A stretch of 64,000 bases of DNA from the human T2T-CHM13v2.0 reference genome, Homo sapiens: assembly GCF_009914755.1 (NCBI RefSeq), contig NC_060925.1. One strand, given 5' to 3'. Positions 58,711 to 64,000 of the stretch are shown piece by piece. A program made the position numbers and the translations under genes. Positions within the stretch are counted from its first letter, which is position 1. Each line of letters opens with the position of its first letter. Below the pieces are notes generated by a model, which saw only the letters and a program-made list of their open reading frames with translations, had not been told where the DNA came from and did not search any database.

Positions 58711-61700
58711 TGGCTGCATGTATGTTTTCTTTTGAGAAGTGTATGTTCATGTCCTTTGGTCACTTTTTAATTAGGTCATTTGTTTTTTTCTTGTAAATTT
58801 GTTTAAGTTCCTCATAGACTCTGGATATTAGATCTTTGTCAGATGAATAGTTTGCAAAAATTTTCTCCCATTCTCTAGGTTCTCTCTTTACTCTGATGAT
58901 AGTTTCTTTCACTTTGCGGAAGCTCTTTAGTTTAATTAGATCCCATTTGTCAAGTTTTGCTTCTGTTGCAATTGCTTTTGGCCTTTTCATCATGAAACCT
59001 TTTCCTGTGCCTATGTCCTGAATGGTGTTGCCTAGATTTTCTTCTAGGGTTTTTGTAGTTTTGAGTTTTAGATTTAAGTCTTTAATCCATCTTCAGTTAA
59101 TTTTTTTATATGGTGTAAGGAAGGGGTCCAGTTTCAGTTTTCTACATATGGCTGGCCAGTTCAACCAGCACCATTTATTAAATAGGGAATCTTTTCCCCA
59201 TTGTTTGTTTTTGTCAGGTTTGTTGAAGATCAGATGGTTGTAAGTGTGTGGTCTTCTTTCTGAGTTCTCTATTCTGTTCCATTGGTCTATATGTCTGTTC
59301 TTGTACCAGTACCATGCTGTTTTGATTACTGGAGCCTTGTAGTATAGTTTGAAGTTAGCATGATGCCTCCAGTCTTGTTATTGTTGTTTAGGATTGTCTT
59401 GGCTATTTGGGTTCTTTTTCAGTTACATATGAATTTTAAAATAGCTTTTTCTAATTCAGTGAAGAATGTCAATGGTAGTTTAATGGGAATAGCATTGAAT
59501 CTATAAATTACTTTGGGCAGTATGTACTTTGGGCATTTTTATGATATTGATTCTACCTATCCATGAGGATGGAATGTTTTTCCATTTGTTTGTGTCCTCT
59601 CTGATTTCTTTGAGCAGTTGTTTGCGGTTCCCCTTGAAGAGGTCCTTCCCTTCCCTTGTTAGCTATATTCCTAGGTATTTTATTCTTTTTGTAGCAATTG
59701 TGAATGGGAGTTCATTCATGATTTGGCTCTCTGCTTGCCTGTTGTTGGTGAATAGGAATGCTAGCAATTTTTGCACATGGATTTTGTATCCTGAGACTTT
59801 GCTGAAGTTGCTTATCAACTTAAGAAGCTTTTGGGCTGAGATGATGGGGTTTTCTAGATATAGGATCATGTCATCTGCAAACAAAGATAATTTGACTTCC
59901 TCTCTTCCTATTCGAATCCCCTTTATTTCTTTCTCTTGCCTGACTTCCCTGGCCAGAACTTCCAATACTACGTTGAATAGGAGTGGTGATAGAAGAGGGC
60001 ATTCTTGTCTTGTGCTGGTTTTTAAGGGGGAATGCTTCTAGCTTTTGCCATTCAATATGATATTGGCTGTGGGTTTGTCATGCATGGCTCTTATTATTTT
60101 GAGGTATGTTCCAGCTATACCCTGTTTATTGAGAGTTTTTAACGTGAAGGTATGTTGAATTTTATCCAAGGTCATTTCTTCTGCATCTATTGAGATAATC
60201 ATGTAGATTTTATCTTTAGTTCTGGTTATGTGATGAATTACATTTATTGATTTGTGTATGTTGAACCAATCTTGCATCCCAGGGATGAAGCCAGCTTGAT
60301 CATGGTGGATAAGCTTTTTGATGCACTGCTGGATTTGGTTTGCCAGTATTTTATTTAGGATTTTTCACTGATGTTCATCAAGGATATTGGCCTGAAGTTT
60401 TCTTTTTTTGTTGTATCTCTGCCAGGTTTTGGTATCAGGATCATGCTGGCCTCATAGAATGAGTTAGGGAGGAGTCCCTCCTTTTCAATTGTTTGGAATA
60501 GTTTCAGTAGTTTCAGTAAAATTTCTTTGTACTTCTGGTAGAATTCAGGTGTGAATCCATGTGGTCCTGAGCTTTTTTTGGTTGGTAGGCTATTTCTCAA
60601 TTTCAGAACTCCTTTTTAGTCTATTCAGGGATTGAGTTTCTTCCTGGTTCAGTCTTGGGAGGATATATGTGTCCAGGAATTTATCAATTTCCTCTAGTTT
60701 TTCTAGTTTATTTGCATAGAAGTGTTTATAGTATTCTCTGATGGTTGTTTGTATTTCTGTAGGGTCAGGGGTGATTTTCTCCTTAATATTTCTGATTGTG
60801 TTTATTTGATTCTTCTCTCTTTTCTTCTTTATTAGTCTGGCTAGTGGTCTATTTTATTAATTTTTTCAAAAAACCAGCTACTGGATATGTTGATTTGTTT
60901 GAAGGTTTTTTTTGTCTCTATCTTCTTTGGTTCTGCTCTGACCTTGGTTATCTCTTGTCTTCTGCTAGCTTTTGGGGGTTTGTTTGTTCTTGGTTCTCTA
61001 GTTCTTTTAGTAGAGATGTTAGGTTGTTAACTTGAGATCTTTTTAGCTTTTTGATGTGGGCATTCAGTGCTATAAATTTCCCTCTTAACACTGTTTTAGC
61101 TGCGTCCCAGAGATTCTGGTACGTTGTCTCTTTGTTCTCATTGGTTTCAAAGAACTTGTTGATTTCTGCCTAATTTCATTATTTGCTCAAGAGTCATTCA
61201 GGAACAGGTTGTTCAATTTCCATGTAGTTGTGTAATTTTGTGTGAATTTCTTAATGTTGCGTTCTAATTTGATTGCGCTATGGTATGAGAGACTGTTATT
61301 ATTTCAGTTTTTTTTTTGCGTTTGCTGAGGAGTATTTTACTTCTGATTATGTGATCAATTTTACAGTAAGTGCTGTGTGGGAATGAGAAGAATGCATATT
61401 CTGTTGTTTTTAGGTGCAGAGTTCTGTAGATATCTATCACGTCCACTTGATTCAGAGCTGAGTTCAGGTTCTGAATATCTTTGTTAATTTTCTGTCTCAA
61501 TGGTCTGTCTAATATTGACAGTGGGGTATTGAAGTCTCCCACGACTACTCTGTGGGAGTCTAAGTCTCTTTGTAGGTCTCTGAGAACTTGCTTTATGAAT
61601 CTGGGTAGTCCTGTATTGGGTGCATATATATTTAGGATAGTTATCCCTTGTTGAATTGAACCCTTTACCATGATGTAATTCCCTTCTTTGTCTTTTTTGA

Positions 61701-64000
61701 TCTTTGTTGCTTTAAAGTCTGTTTTGTCAGAAACTAGGATTGTGACCCTTATTTTTTTCTGTTTTCCATTTGCTTGGTAAATTTTCCTCCATCCCTTTAT
61801 TTTGAGCCTGTTTATGTCTTTGCACACAGCATACCAATGGTTGGCTCTTCATGCAGCTTGCCATTCTGTGTCTTTTAATTGGGGCATTTAGCCCATTTAC
61901 ATTTAAGGTTAGTATTGTGATACGTGAATTTGATTCTGTCATCATGACGCTAACTGGTTATTTTGCAGACTTGTTTATGTGATTGCTTCATAGTATCACT
62001 GGTCTGTGTACTTCAGTGAGTTTTTGTAGTGGCTAGTAATGATTTTTTGTTTCTATATTTAGTGCTTCCTTCAGGAGCTCTTGCAAGGTAGGTCTGTTGG
62101 TGACAAATTCCCTCAGCATTTGCTTATCTGAAAAGGATCTTATTTCTCCTTTGCTTATGAAGCTTAGTTTGGCTGGATATGAAATTCTGGGTTGGAAATT
62201 CTTTGCTTTAAGAATGTTGAATATTGGCCCCCAATCTCTTCTGGCTTGTAGGGATTCTGCTGAGAGTTCTGCTGTTAGTCTGATGGGCTTCCCTTTGTAG
62301 GTGACCTGGCCTTTCTCTCTGGCTGCCCTTAACATTTTTTCCTTTATTTCAACCTTGGAGGATCTGATTAGTATGTGTCTTGGGGTTGATCTTCTCATGG
62401 AGTATCTTACTAAGGTTCTCTGCATTTTCTGAATTTGAATGTTGGCATGTCTTTCTAGGTTGGGGTAGTTCTCCTGCATGATATCCTGAAGTATGTTTTC
62501 CAGCTTGGTTCCTTTTTTTCCCATCTCTTAAAGGTACCCTACTCAGTCATAGGTTTGGTGTCTTTACATAATCCTATATTTCTCGGAGGTTTTGTTAATT
62601 CCTTTTCATTCTTCTTTTCTCTGCTCTTGTCTGCCTATCTTATTTCAGAAAGGTAGTCTCTGAGATTCTTTCTTTCACTTGGTCTATTCTGCTACTGATA
62701 CTTGTCATTGCATTGTGAAGTTCCTGTGTTGTGTTTTTCAGCTCCATCAGATTGGTTATGTTCCTCTCTAACCTGCCTATTGTGGCTATCAGCTCCTGTA
62801 TTGTTTTATCATGATTCCTAGCTTCTATGCATTGAGTAACAATATGTTCCTTTAGCTAGGCCAAGTTTGTTATTACCCACTTTCTGAAGCCTTCTTCTGT
62901 CAGCTCAGGCATCTCATCCTCAGTCCAGTTCTGTGCCTTTGCTGGAGAGGTGTTGTGGTCATGTGAAGGAGAAGGGGCATTCTGGTTTTTGAGTTTCTGT
63001 GTTTTTGCATTGATTGTTTCTCATCTTTATGGGCCTATCTACCTTAGATTTTTGAGGTTGCTGACCTTTGAATAGGGTTTTTGAGGGGTCTTTTTTGTTG
63101 GTGGTGTTGTTTTCTGTTTGTTTTTCTTTTAACAGTCAGGCCATTCTCCTGTAGCACTGCTGCAGTTTGCTGGGGGTCCACTCCAGACCCTAGTTGCCTT
63201 GGTTTTTCTGTACCCAGAGGTATCACCAGTGAAGGCTGTGAAACAGCAAAGATGGCAGGCTGCTCCTTCCTCTGGAAGCTCTGTCCTAGGAGGGCATTGA
63301 CCTGTTGCTGTTCTGCACACACCTGTAGGAGGTGGCTGGAGACCCCTGTTGGGAGATCTCACCCAGTCAGGAGGAATGGGATCAGGGACCCGCCCAAAGA
63401 AGCAGTCTGGCTGCCCTTTGGTAGAGCAGGTATGCTGCATTAGGGGGGTACCATTCCTCATTCAGATCATTTGTATACTACAAAGCCAGCAGGCTGGAAC
63501 AGCTGAGTCTACCAAACTGCAGAGACGGTGGCCGCCTCTCCCCCTGGGAGCTTTGTAGTAGGGAGAGATCAGAGCTCTCTCTGTAGAACCCTTGCTGGAG
63601 TGGCTGAAGCCCCCACAAGGAGGTCTTGCCCAGTGAGAAGGAATGGATCAGGGTCCTGCTTAAAGAAGAAGTCTGGCCACGATCTGGCAAGGCAGCTGTG
63701 CTATGGGGGAACCCTCCTTCTCTGGACCGCCTGTATTCTTCAAAGCCACCAGGCTGAAATGACGGAGTCTACCAAACCACAGGGATGGTGGCTGGTCCTC
63801 CCCTCTGGGAACACCATCCTGACTCAGGATGACTCCAGCCTGCTGCCACCAGCCAGCTGGAATTGCAAGCCAGTGGGTCTCAATCCACGTGGTGCTGTGA
63901 AAGTGGGGCCCGAAGAATGATGCCAGTTGGCCCCTGACTCAGCCCCCTTCCTAGGGACATGCATGGATGGATCTCCCACCTTGCCATGGATGCCGGGGCC

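Noticed and set aside
58196-62524. L1 ORF1/ORF2 fragments as functional genes
   Set aside because: Broken by many stops, frameshifts and nested insertions; not retrotransposition-competent.

Overview
Primate (most likely human) genomic DNA containing the upstream region, CpG-island promoter, first coding exon and the first ~35 kb of intron 1 of NOS1AP (CAPON), + strand. The only coding sequence I can support is exon 1 (28491-28595, [35 protein letters not shown], then a GT donor). It is absent from the supplied ORF track, whose long ORFs are mostly Alu, L1, microsatellite or GC-rich artefacts. The rest is largely interspersed repeats: Alu, L1 (including a near-full-length antisense L1PA with a nested Alu and a nested younger L1PA), MaLR/ERVL LTRs, MIR, L2, MER5 and MADE1. 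I cannot claim a new biological system. The strongest unexplained structure is a ~625-bp inverted duplication in intron 1 (45419-46043 / 49561-50186). By hand count it is ~94% identical in its core, decays at both edges, and flanks a 3.5-kb spacer. Lesser findings are two short local duplications, a young 5'-truncated AluY near the promoter and an unassigned AT-rich relic. Repeat subfamily names and boundaries were assigned by eye and are approximate.
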